Source of the DNA: Octopus vulgaris
Taxonomy: Eukaryota
DNA length: 64,000 nucleotides
NCBI GenBank assembly: GCA_951406725.2
Contig: OX597814.1
Coordinates: 132,308,001-132,372,000, forward strand
Direction of reading: 5' to 3'
Below the pieces are notes generated by a model. That model was given only the letters and a program-made list of their open reading frames with translations. It was not told the DNA's origin and did no database searches. The translations under genes and the position numbers were made by a program. How positions within the stretch are numbered: the stretch's first letter is position 1; every line of letters starts with the position of its first letter. This document shows, piece after piece, positions 28,253-40,274 of this stretch.

Positions 28253-28272
28253 CGATAGATAGATAGATACAT

Positions 28273-28307
<35 letters not shown>

Positions 28308-28313
28308 AGAGGG

Positions 28314-28404
<91 letters not shown>

Positions 28405-28633
28405 AAACCTAGATAGATAGACAAGAGAAATAATAAAATATATTAAAAATAGTTTGGAAAAGTTCTTATTTACTATGACTCTGTTCCTGTGTATTAAGAC
28501 AACTCAGAACGTACCACATCCGATTAACAGGTAAAAGAGGAAACAAATCATAATCTATGTCCTGGTTACCTCAAACGCTCTGCAATTTATATAGATCACA
28601 ACTTATTTCACTTAATACCAGATCTTTCACATC

Positions 28634-28751
28634 ACCGGAAGTAAATTTTTCCGTAAATTTGTTAGTTCCTCCTGTTTATATTTATAATTTTTTAGTTATC
28701 ATTCATCTTTGTGACATATGGTAATTCCCCGTTGAAAATATTATATATAAG
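28634..28751 (+). promoter_or_regulatory. IL-17 copy 3 promoter block (ETS, C/EBP-like, kB-like, TATA)
   Basis: ACCGGAAGT at 28634-28642, TTCCGTAA at ~28649, GGTAATTCCCC at 28720-28730 and TATATAAG at 28744-28751. The ATG is at 28885. Confidence 0.65.
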
Positions 28752-28884
28752 TAATCTCAGAGTAGATGTTATAATCACAAGTGAATATCATTTTGATAAA
28801 CTCGCACATTCAAGATTTATTTGAAAATACATACATATATACTACGATTGTCATTCTTTCCATTCCAAGTGACCATCCATTATT

Positions 28885-28899
28885 ATGAATACCACCAAC
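28885..28899 (+). CDS. IL17: IL-17 copy 3 first coding micro-exon (MNTTN)
   Basis: ATG AAT ACC ACC AAC | GTAAGT. The intron spans 28900-31895 (2996 bp, phase 0). Confidence 0.82.
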
Positions 28900-29815
28900 G
28901 TAAGTAAACAAACCTTGTTAATATCAACTGTAATATCTATATGTTCAGTCTTATGTCTATGCTTACTCTTCTATCATTCATAGGAATGAGTGAATCATTT
29001 TGCTTATATACTGAACGCAGATTAGTACTACACATGTGATACGTATTTCTATGGCTGTGCTATATTGATCTAATTCTGTGCTTTCACACATAGATATTTA
29101 TAAATAGCCCCGTATATTTTCATACATCATTTATACACATGTAATTCTTTGATCTCACTTCTAATTTAACTAGAATTGCAGTTGGGTGTCTAAGAGCATA
29201 CATTTGGCAGGTGTTAAAGGAGAATTTGTGCAAAATATTTAATGAAACTTAAAACAGAAGGATATGAAGCACATAAACTGTGTATTCATTTCCATGTCTA
29301 TTTAGTTATCTATTGGTTAAAATAAGTAACACTTTTGGTCCTGAATGTCCAAGGTATTCTTCCAATAAGATTCCACACCTAAGTATTATGTCCGGCCCGT
29401 GCATACTAGATTCCCATCTCCACGCCATCGATAGTGTAATAGATAAAAGCAAATGCCGACACCGCTTAGCACCAGTGACAACGTACCTCATTTACACCGC
29501 TTAGGCAAGTAGAGCAACGCGAAATAAAACGTTTTGATGAAGAACACAAAACACAGCCCGGCAAGAAATTCGGTGCTCTAACCACTGACACATGTGCAAT
29601 CAAAATTATCTGTTAGAAAGTAGCATAAACTCTGTTCATAGAGCTTTAGAAAGGTATGCAATCATTCTTCGAAATATATTTTCATTGCAAACGATGCTTA
29701 TGGACGAAGTTGAAGTCACGGATCGACTCAAAGAAAGTTACAATACACTCCACATTCCAATAAACATTTCCTTTTTTAGCCCTTTTATACATACATGTGT
29801 TCATATATGTATATA

Positions 29816-29869
<54 letters not shown>

Positions 29870-30086
29870 TATATGTTATTTCTAACTTTATTTTTGTAAT
29901 TCTTATTTTTGTAGCTTTTATTTTTTAACTTTTTATTTGAATTTTTATTTGAATTATGGCTTGTACTGTAGGATCAAGCGGACCTAATTTAAACATACCT
30001 ATTTTACACATACTGAAGTCTTTTAAAAAATTAAAATATAGTTTATAGTATTGAACGATGATAAAGTGATATAAACATATATCTAT

Positions 30087-30121
<35 letters not shown>

Positions 30122-30464
30122 CATACCTATATATATATGCATACATACACACACACACACATATACATATATGTATGATATATTGATGAGAAACAATATT
30201 GTAAATTGATTACACCATCGGATAATACCGACCTCAGACTTCAGGGATATACTGGTAGATATGATGTGATGACACAAAGGAGATTCACAATTGAATGACC
30301 TTATGGAGAACTAAGTGTATTTGGAGGGGTTGGGAGTTATATAGATAGAGGTAAGTGAGATGAGAAATTAATTTCAAGGTTAGGGTTTAATAATGGAACT
30401 ATTCAGGATTTATAGTCGTAGAGGTGGAAGATGGGCGGATGACAGAAACGTCGTTTCGGTTGAA

Positions 30465-30558
30465 GGTGTATGGTAAGTATCGAGGGCTCGTAACTCCAAG
30501 ATTCGGGGTTCGATTCCAGGCAGTTACCTGAATAATAATAATAATAACAATAATAATG

Positions 30559-30633
<75 letters not shown>

Positions 30634-30651
30634 TTAATAATAAGAATAATA

Positions 30652-30710
<59 letters not shown>

Positions 30711-30916
30711 AATAACAACAACAACACCAACTTCAACATCGAAAAATGCCATAGGAATGAGAACCCAGGTTCGAAATTTCCCGAAGACATCTGATGAAGC
30801 CTGGAGGATGTATCAGCCGAAACGTTTTAACAACAAACAAGAGGAAAACAAATATCCATCAATCGTAAATAATGTAAATAATGTACGTAAGTCCTCATCT
30901 TTTAAATATAGAACAG
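30465..30916 (+). mobile_element. SINE-like element with degenerate hammerhead, in the IL-17 copy 3 intron
   Basis: GGTTCGATTCC, (AAT/GAT)n, CTGATGA at 30791-30797 and CAGCC-GAAAC at 30814-30823. Confidence 0.6.
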
Positions 30917-31895
30917 TGAATGGTTAGCTATGTTAGTATGTATGAAAGTTAGATATTTTAAGGTTGAGAGGGTAGTAGAAAATGGTTGACTGGGTGACCA
31001 AGAGCGAAGTGGGTAGTGGTGGTTTAAGAAATCTGGAAAACTTTAAAGAGGTGTGTATGAGAAAAAAAATTCTGTGTAGTATTTTCTATATAGTATGTTG
31101 CTATGCTGCCTTTATCTTAGTTTAAGTTTATTTTGGGTATGGATACTTGAATTTAAAGGACTACATAGATGTAATGAAATAATAAAAGATGAATATTACC
31201 TTTGTTTACAAGACTAAAGTACACCAGAGAATCTATTAAATAATAAAGAGTTAAGGAGGCAAAAATATGGTAATGGTTAATTTACACATAACTTACTGAA
31301 TATGGAATATTTTGAGATTTAAGATTGTATTCTCTCCTGTATTCTATTACTCATTTGTGGATTGTCTAATTCAAATATTCGAGAACACTGGATAGTGTTG
31401 TTATGTGTAATCGTATTTCTATTTCGATGCACAGATTTGTAAAACTACATTGTATTTTTTTATGATATTAACGATATTGATTGTGTTTTCGAATCCATAT
31501 TATAATTAATGATGACTCTCTCAATCAGAATTATTATGCTATTGTAGCGCACAATCTCACACACATACACACACACACATATACAAATATAAATATATAC
31601 GCGTGTATAGAGATATGCATATATTTACATGTATATAAGCATACATTTAAAAATACATTCACACATACATTGGCAAAAAGAGAGAGAGAGAGAGAGAGTG
31701 AGTGAGTGAGTGAGTGAGTGAGTGAGTGAGTGAGTGAGTGAGTGAGTGAGACAGTCGGTCAGTCAGTCAGTAAATGAATGAGTTGATGTGAGCGATAAAT
31801 GTAGTATATTATACTTGATTTCGTTTATTCATTTAGCTGTAGGTCATATCGAAACGTAACTACTCATTTTCACATATACATTTTATATCACGCAG

Positions 31896-32423
31896 GTTCT
31901 CCAAGTTGCGATATTCCTCCTCACCAACGTCGTATTCTTCATATCCTCGGCGTCAATTCCGACTCAATGTAACATACCAAATGACTTGAATATTCGGTAC
32001 GAGAAACTCTACAATGCAGCGATCGGCAATAACTTTTTTCTACCAGCTGAAATATCTCCAGCGGGAAGTGACCAACAAGCACTGACCGTAGGGGATAAAT
32101 CTTGCCCTACATCTTCCGTATCTACTGATGTCATTCGCGAGCGTTCAACCTGCCCATGGTACCTGAAAATTACCCACAATTCCACATATTTTCCTCCATC
32201 ACGCACAGAAGTCGTGTGTCGTTGTACAGACTGTCTGGACTCTGACAGTAACCACCAATGTGTGATAGTTTATACTCCAATGACTGTCCTGAAACGTACA
32301 GCTGAATGTGTTGATGGACTGTACGTTTATAAACCAAGTGTCATCGAAGTTCCTACAGCCTGTGTGTGCGCACGGAAAGTCGATGTAATATCTGGAGGAA
32401 ATGGCGATGAATATGAATCGTAA
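31896..32423 (+). CDS. IL17: Interleukin-17-like cytokine, copy 3, main coding exon (180 aa with exon 1)
   Basis: Acceptor AG at 31894-31895. The exon reads VLQVAIFLLTNVVFFISSA...RSTCPW...CRC...TACVC and is intact. Confidence 0.92.
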   Translation, partial: VLQVAIFLLTNVVFFISSASIPTQCNIPNDLNIRYEKLYNAAIGNNFFLPAEISPAGSDQQALTVGDKSCPTSSVSTDVIRERSTCPWYLKITHNSTYFPPSRTEVVCRCTDCLDSDSNHQCVIVYTPMTVLKRTAECVDGLYVYKPSVIEVPTACVCARKVDVISGGNGDEYES

Positions 32424-34775
32424 TATCGGCCAACATCATCAAACATTCAAATGAGTGTAACACAAATGTTTTTCATAATGTTATGGAAGTTTAAGTAAAC
32501 CACTGTGTGGTTGTTATAAGAAACATATTCGAACCAGGCACACACACACACACACACACACACGCACGCACACAAATTATACAAGCGTATATATATGTAA
32601 ATAGGTGTTCTCTCGCTATTTCTTTCTTTCGCTCTCATTCGCCCTCTCGCTCTCTCTTTGTGTTTATAGATACACACAACACACACACACACAAACACAC
32701 CTACAAAGTCACTTACATACGTACATATACATACAAATATAAATATATACGTGTATATAGAATTATGCATAAATTTGCATGCATTCATTTAAAAACTACA
32801 TTCATACATACGTTGACAAAAGACAGATCTCTAAATGAAATATATGTCTTGCTATTTTGTTTTTCTATTTTGTAAAGAATGTAGGGAAGTCTTATCTTGC
32901 CTACCATCATATTTAACTCAATTAACATTTCCTTTTTTTTTAACCTAAACCCATATCCGGATTCTTAATATATAAATAATTGAAACCGATAAATTGTGTT
33001 GAATGAATTTACATATACGTTACATGTTCCTAATACTAAATACTTCGATATTCATGGTTTAATCCTCATTATAAGAATCAACAATGAATAGAAATACAGA
33101 GACCTGCATACACATGAAAGTGCACACGTTATCTTACTTTGCTGGCATTCTGATAATAATGGTAATAATTCTGGTAATAATGATCAACATTTCATTCCAT
33201 TTGAGTAACATTTCGAAAATATTGGAAGAATATTCATAAATGTTAAGGAGTGCATATCTGACTGTCATTTTGTTTTATACATATAAGTGAGGTAGAATTA
33301 CAGCAGTTTCATAAAGTTCTTCAAGTATTAATTTTACTATGCAACGATTTATATTTACATGTTTACGTTCATATCATTGCTCATCTTTTACAAAACAATT
33401 TTATATTCACAAATTGATTGAAATAAAGAAAGCTAGCGTCCGTAGTTATTTGACATGACACTACGTTGTAATTCATGATCATGTGAACTGATAGATTCTC
33501 TGAATCCACATCCATATCCTATGCTCACTTAAACACTAGTACTCAGTCCAGCAGAAAATTAACACACATAATAATGTTTATGTAATATTTACATAAATAT
33601 TTAATTCTAACTGATATATAACTTTGAAACACAATATATATAAGCATTTTTGTATATATTTTAACATAATTTCATATATTTATGCTAGCAAATGTAGGCG
33701 TGAGCGTTGGTGTGTATGTGTATTTGCAGGCACACAAGCACCTTCACACACACACACACACGCACGCACACACACACACATACACACACATACACACACA
33801 TATATATATATATATCATAATAACTGAATAAACATTTTCTAAAGATATATTATTTAATTTTTTCTATGTATATACTTACAATTATATTTATCATCCGTAG
33901 AATGACTGTAAAACTGTTTGAATATATTTTTCTCTTGCTTTTCTATAATGCAAAACCTAAGACATATATATGTTAATTTGTATCATATTTATTGTATTGT
34001 AAACAATTGGATTTTAATATCAATAAAACATTTATTTCAATACATAACGTGTCCTTTGCATTGTTCATATTTTCATTCTCTGATCTGAATAAAACCTGTT
34101 AACCTCCACTCACTGACTACATTACTCGCTGAACATGAATGAATACACTATACCCTAGTAATATGCAGTTAAATTTAGCGAATCAATTTTCCTGCTACAC
34201 TCTGGAAGGAAAAGCCCTTTCGAGATAACACTATCACTGTTTATACCGACTGACCTTGTCTCTGTGCCTATGAAACATTTAATCCAGGTATAAATTTCGC
34301 GGTATTTCCTCGCTAGTACTGCACACTATATATTCACCTCTGATACGAACGAACTTGGACAAGAATCGAAGTAATGCACGAAAAATAGTTTTCAACTTGC
34401 TTAACATGTTACGATAACAATACTTCAAGAAGTCTAAAAACCAATGAAAAATCTCAAAATCCACATTTTTCAAATTATTTTATCCAAGTAAGTTAAGGAA
34501 TAATGCTACAAAATAATGAATTCATAATTCCAGATGTTATTTGAGAACATGGACATTTGGAAACTTAAATAAGCACCAAAGAATCATATAAAACACGCCT
34601 AGTACATAATACAAGTTTAGTTCCAAGACCTATATTGTTTCTGCAAACAAAATAAGCAAATCTTTCGTCAGCCAATCTCTATATAGAAGAAGGTAAACAA
34701 ATCAAATACATTAGCAAGGAAATCAAAAAGAAAAACGTACGTATGAAGATAAAGACAACCCAAATAATTCGGCAA

Positions 34776-34835
<60 letters not shown>

Positions 34836-35049
34836 TTAGAGATAAAACCACTATTAGGCAAATCATACAATGAAAAACTTAAGCCAATACATAAGATTAT
34901 TTAATTTATATTATTTAAATATATAACAATATTATTAAAAAAATATAATTAATTAATTTAATATAATATAATATTTTACTATAAAATTGGATTAAAACCT
35001 AAATCTGATTTTTCCCTGTAAGTTTGGATTTATTCCCTAATATTTATTA

Positions 35050-35198
<149 letters not shown>

Positions 35199-35260
35199 CA
35201 TGTCATAGATCATTATCTAATTTTTTTGTTTATTCTTTAAATTATATTATTTACTATATA

Positions 35261-36245
35261 TCATCATGATCAACTTGACCGACCAGTCCGTCAGGCATCC
35301 ATTTGACACCGCTGGTCACAGCACGCTGTCCACTTTTCTCTGGATCGGGCCTTTCCCAACCACGTGATCCCAATCGTCCTCCTGAAATCGTAACTCCACC
35401 ATCATGGAGGTCTTCCGTGTTGTCTTTTCCGCTCGCACGGCTACCACTCGAAAACTGCGTGGGTCCACCGATTATCGGTGAGCCTGGTGACGTGTCCAGC
35501 CCATCTATACTTGCTGCATGTATACTCTGCGATGACATCTCTAACGCCGGACTTCTTTCTGATGATCTCGCTACTGATGTGCTCTCTCAACGAAATACCA
35601 AGCATTGACCTTTCCATGGCCCTTTGAACCTTTACCAGTCTTTGCTCTTCTCTCTTTGTGGTAGCCCATGTTTCACTACCATATAACATTGCAGGCAGAA
35701 CTGCACTGTGAATGAGGTTGGCGCGGGTGGTCCTGTCCAAACTTCCCTTGAGCACATCCTTTATGCCATTAAACGCCTTCCAACCGGCCCTTACTCTCCG
35801 TGAGATATCCTTTTCGATATCTCGGCACATATTCACTTCCTGTCCCAGGTAGACATATTCCCTTTCCTCCTCTATTTCATCACAGCCGATCACCATTCGA
35901 CCTGTTGGTACGTTATCTGACCGCATGAACTTTGTTTTCATGCGGTTCATCTTGAGACCTGCTGCACAGCTTCTGATATCGAGCTCCGTCAGCATGGTCT
36001 GAAGCTGATCCGTGTTTTCAGCGATGAGTACGATGTCATCATTGAAACAGAGGTGTGTGAGGAGCTCGCCATTGATGTTGACACCACCTTGCCAGTCGAT
36101 GCCTCTGATGATCTATTTGAGACATGCAGTGAAAAGTTTTGGGGAGATTGTATTTCCCTGCTTCAATACCTTCTCGACCGGCACTCTTATGGGTGATGAC
36201 AGTAGAGCTATGTCGGTGGTGCATCCGGAATTTGGCTCTTCTTAA
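35261..36245 (-). mobile_element. RTE-clade LINE 3' fragment (paralogue of 9885-10860)
   Basis: ORF 35441-35995 contains GLKMNRMKTK, YVYLGQ, LYGSETW and WAGHV. Confidence 0.85.
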
Positions 36246-36248
36246 TTC

Positions 36249-36331
<83 letters not shown>

Positions 36332-36524
36332 TATTAGGGAATAAATCCAAATTTACAGGGAAAAATCAGATTTAGGATTGAATTCAATTTTATAGTAAAA
36401 TATAATATAATATTATTAGAGACAAAACCACTTAATTATATTTAATTTATATAAAATTTTTTATGTATTGGATTAAGTCTTTCTTTGTTTGATTTGCATA
36501 ATAGTGGTTTTGTCTCTAATAATA

Positions 36525-36581
<57 letters not shown>

Positions 36582-36653
36582 TATATTTACTATATATATT
36601 AGTGAAGGGAAGAAATGGAGCCGAACGAAGATTCTACAAAATTCCTTTTTATT

Positions 36654-36739
36654 ATTTTCTACACATGTTTCAAAGGCTGCAAATTCCCAAATTCGGATTG
36701 AATAAGGAGACCATTCTGCAGCTTTCTCTTCAGGAAAAT
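36654..36739 (-). ncRNA. Type I hammerhead ribozyme motif (left arm)
   Basis: Same 86-nt motif as 11208-11293. Confidence 0.75.
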
Positions 36740-39380
36740 CCAGGAATTTAAAATCTCGAAACAAATGCGCAGCAAGCTTTTCGAACAAAACGCTCCCTAG
36801 GAGCCTATAGTAAAAATGGCACAAAACTGTCTCTCAATAAGCGCTGACGTCAGTGTGGGTGAAGGCCGACGAAAAAACCGTTGGAATAAACCTAGGTCAA
36901 ACCACGGTCAATTCAGGTAGGGGAGGAATCACAGAAAACCCAAAAGTGTGAATATATTCTGTATAACTAGTGTTAATGTTCAAATTGTCTTAAGAATGAC
37001 AGTTATCTTATTTGGGTGTGAGGAACTACCTACATGTGTGTGTGTGTGTATGCGCCTATGTATGTGTGGCAGTATGTTAGGAAGCAGCTAGAGAGAAAAT
37101 ATATTGTATTGTAGGCATTGCTGGTCAAGCGGCTGATAAAATTCTGTGTCTGTGTGTTCGTCTATGACCAGTTTATATACAGATGACTTGTCAAAAAACA
37201 GGGAAGTATAATCCCTGATATTGTTTCTAAAAAAGTAGCAGAACATACGCTAAAAGGGGAGTAATTTCCCTTTCAAATTTAATTCAAAATTTTTTCCAAA
37301 TTTATTCCAAACAATTTTTTCCTTTTCTTATGACATCAAGGTGTTAATTATCTTAGGCTTCAATTGTATGCAAGAAATGTCAGTCGCCTCCAGTGGGGAC
37401 ATCTGAAAGAGTGTTGCAAAATCCCGTTCACTAGCTGCCCTCGGGCGAACAAAATGTGAAAAAGTTCAGAGTTACAGAGATTACAGATTCTTTTGCCCCT
37501 ATCAAACGGTACAGCCACCGATAAAATCGACCATTCCAGTCTAAATGCTGAATTCGCGTTCTTCAAACGCCAGATTAATTTACTTAGTCCGGTAGTGTGT
37601 TGTTTTCTAAAATCGCGAAAAGTTGTGAAGTGGTTCGATATTCTCACGGTCAATTTTGATGATGACGCTCCGATATACGAGTAGACATCCGATCCAGTAT
37701 AAACTCTGCATTGGTAAATGGCATTTCTAATCTTGGAATTACTAGAGAAGAACCTTATTCTATTGGGATTGGCTTCCGATATTAACACGGCGTTCTTATT
37801 ACTATTATGATTGTGAGAACTACGGCTGTCTTCGACATTATACACCCCATTATCAATAGTATTTAATGGAATATCACCTATATATTCCTGCCACTGAGAT
37901 CGCTGTGATTGCTAATGTCCGTGATGCTACTGTTGTCAAACCCGTTGCAAAAATTGTTATTGGGACTCTCTACATTAATGACTCGGACAGTGCTCTCATC
38001 TCTATTCCCATTACTAACGTTAGAGTCGTCACCATTGCTCCTATCATTATTCCTATTATTAACTCCATGCCTGGTATGGAGATTGCAAAAAACGACTCTA
38101 ACGTTAGTAATGGGAATAGAGATGAGAGCACTGTCCGAGTCATTAATGTAGAGAGTCCCAATAACAATTTTAGCAACGGGTTTGACAACAGTAGCATCAC
38201 GGACATTAGCAATCACAGCGATCTCAGTGGCAGGGAATATATAGGTGAGATTCCATTAAATACTATTGATAATGGGGTGTATAATGTCGAAGACAGCCGT
38301 AGTTCTCACAATCATAATAGTAATAAGAACGCCGTGTTAATATCGGAAGCCAATCCCAATAGAATAAGGTTCTTATCTAGTAATTCCAAGATTAGAAATG
38401 CCATTTACCAATGCAGAGTTTATACTGGATCGGATGTCTACTCGTATATCGGAGCGTCATCATCAAAATTGGCCGTGAGAATATCGAACCACTTCACAAC
38501 TTTTCGCGATTTTAGAAAACAACACGCTACCGGACTAAGTAAATTAATCTGGCGTTTGAAGAACGCGAATTCAGCATTTAGACTGGAATGGTCGATTTTA
38601 TCGGTGGCTGTACCGTTTGATAGGGGCAAAAGAATCTGTAATCTCTGTAACTCTGAACTTTTTCACATTTTGTTCGCCCGAGGGCAGCTAGTGAACGGGA
38701 TTTTGCAACACTCTTTCAGATGTCCCCACTGGAGGCGACTGACATTTCTTGCATACAATTGAAGCCTAAGATAATTAACACCTTGATGTCATAAGAAAAG
38801 GAAAAAAATTTTGGAATAAATTTGGAAAAAAATTTTGAATTAAATTTGAAAGGGGAAATTACTCCCCTTTTAGCGTATGTTCTGCTACTTTTTTTAGAAA
38901 CAATATCAGGGATTATACTCCCTGTTTTTTGACAAGTCATCTGTATATAAACTGGTCATAGACGAACACAAGACACAGAATTTTATCAGCCGCTTGACCA
39001 GCAATGCCTACAATACAATATATTTTCTCTCTAGCTGCTTCCTAACATACTGCCACACATACATAGGCGCATACACACACACATACATGTAGGTAGTTCC
39101 TCACCCAAATAAGATAACTGTCATTCTTAAGACAATTTGAACATTAACACTAGTTATACAGAATATATTCACACTTTTGGGTTTTCTGTGATTCCTCCCC
39201 TACCTGATTTGACCGTGGTTTGACCTAGTTTTATTCCAACGGTTTTTTCGTCGGCCTTCACCCACTCTGACGTCAGCGCATATTGAGAGACAGTTTTGTG
39301 CCATTTTTACCATGGGCTCCTAGGGAGCGTTTTGTTCGAAAAGCTTGCTGCGCATTTGTTTTGAGATTTTAAATTCCTGG

Positions 39381-39466
39381 ATTTTCCTGAAGAGAAAGCT
39401 GCAGAATGATCTCCTTATTCAATCCGAATTTAAGAATTTGCAGCCTTTGAAACATGTGTAGAAAAT
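39381..39466 (+). ncRNA. Type I hammerhead ribozyme motif (right arm)
   Basis: Stem I ATTTTC 39381-86 / GAAAAT 39461-66; core CTGAAGA 39387-93; stem II 39394-405 / 39437-48; GAAA 39449-52; stem III AC-ATGT-GT. Cleavage is predicted after A39460. Confidence 0.78.
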
Positions 39467-39672
39467 AATAAAAAGGTATTTTGTAGAATCTTCGTTCGGC
39501 TCCATTTCTTCCCTTCACTAAATATATAATACTTCAATTATCCGCGCTAAAGCACGGGGGCGAAACCCCATGGTCGTAACCTCAACCGTGTCTTTTCTGG
39601 TGTGATTTTTGCTACACAGGTATCGGTTGAATTTTGAATATTCCGTAACAAGATAATTCATTTATCCATTTC

Positions 39673-39761
<89 letters not shown>

Positions 39762-39763
<2 letters not shown>

Positions 39764-40046
39764 AGGCGCAATGGCCCAGTGGTTAGGGCAGCGGACTCGC
39801 GGTTGTACGATCAAGGTTGTGAGTGTTTATTGAGCGAAAACACCTAAAGCTCCACGAGGCTCTGCCAGGGGGTGGTGGTGATCCCTGCTGTACTCTTTCG
39901 CCACCACTTTCTCTCACTCTTCCCTCTGTTGGCCTGCTCGCTTAGCCAGCGGGGTGGCGTCTTTTGAAGGCTAAAACAATGCGAACGCATTGTGACCAGC
40001 TATTTGTAACAACATCTGATGGTCTGGTCGGTCACATGATCACGTG

Positions 40047-40050
<4 letters not shown>
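39762..40050 (+). mobile_element. tRNA-derived SINE, second family
   Basis: The tRNA-like head reads GGAGGCGCAATGGCCCAGTGGTTAGGGCAGCGGACTC. The element ends GGTCACATGATCACGTGA before (TA)n. Confidence 0.75.
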
Positions 40051-40111
<61 letters not shown>

Positions 40112-40274
40112 TATATTGACTTGACCGGTTTCACATTTTCAAAAAAGGATTATCAAAAGTAAAATATAAAACTTTGTATGAGCTTTGTTGTGTTAAAAAT
40201 GGTTATCATAATTATATTTAAATCCAGTTATGCAGTCTTTGATCATGATGAGAAAATGTTAAGAAGGTCTTTGA

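Larger units (their letters stand above)
36595..39675. mobile_element. Penelope-like element as a head-to-head fold-back (left arm ~36595-38029, spacer 38030-38091, right arm 38092-39525, ~150-bp extension)
   Basis: GIY-YIG ORFs lie on both strands (37360-37845 -, ending 38762 +). The arms are reverse complements with scattered substitutions. Both ends sit in (TA)n. Confidence 0.9.
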
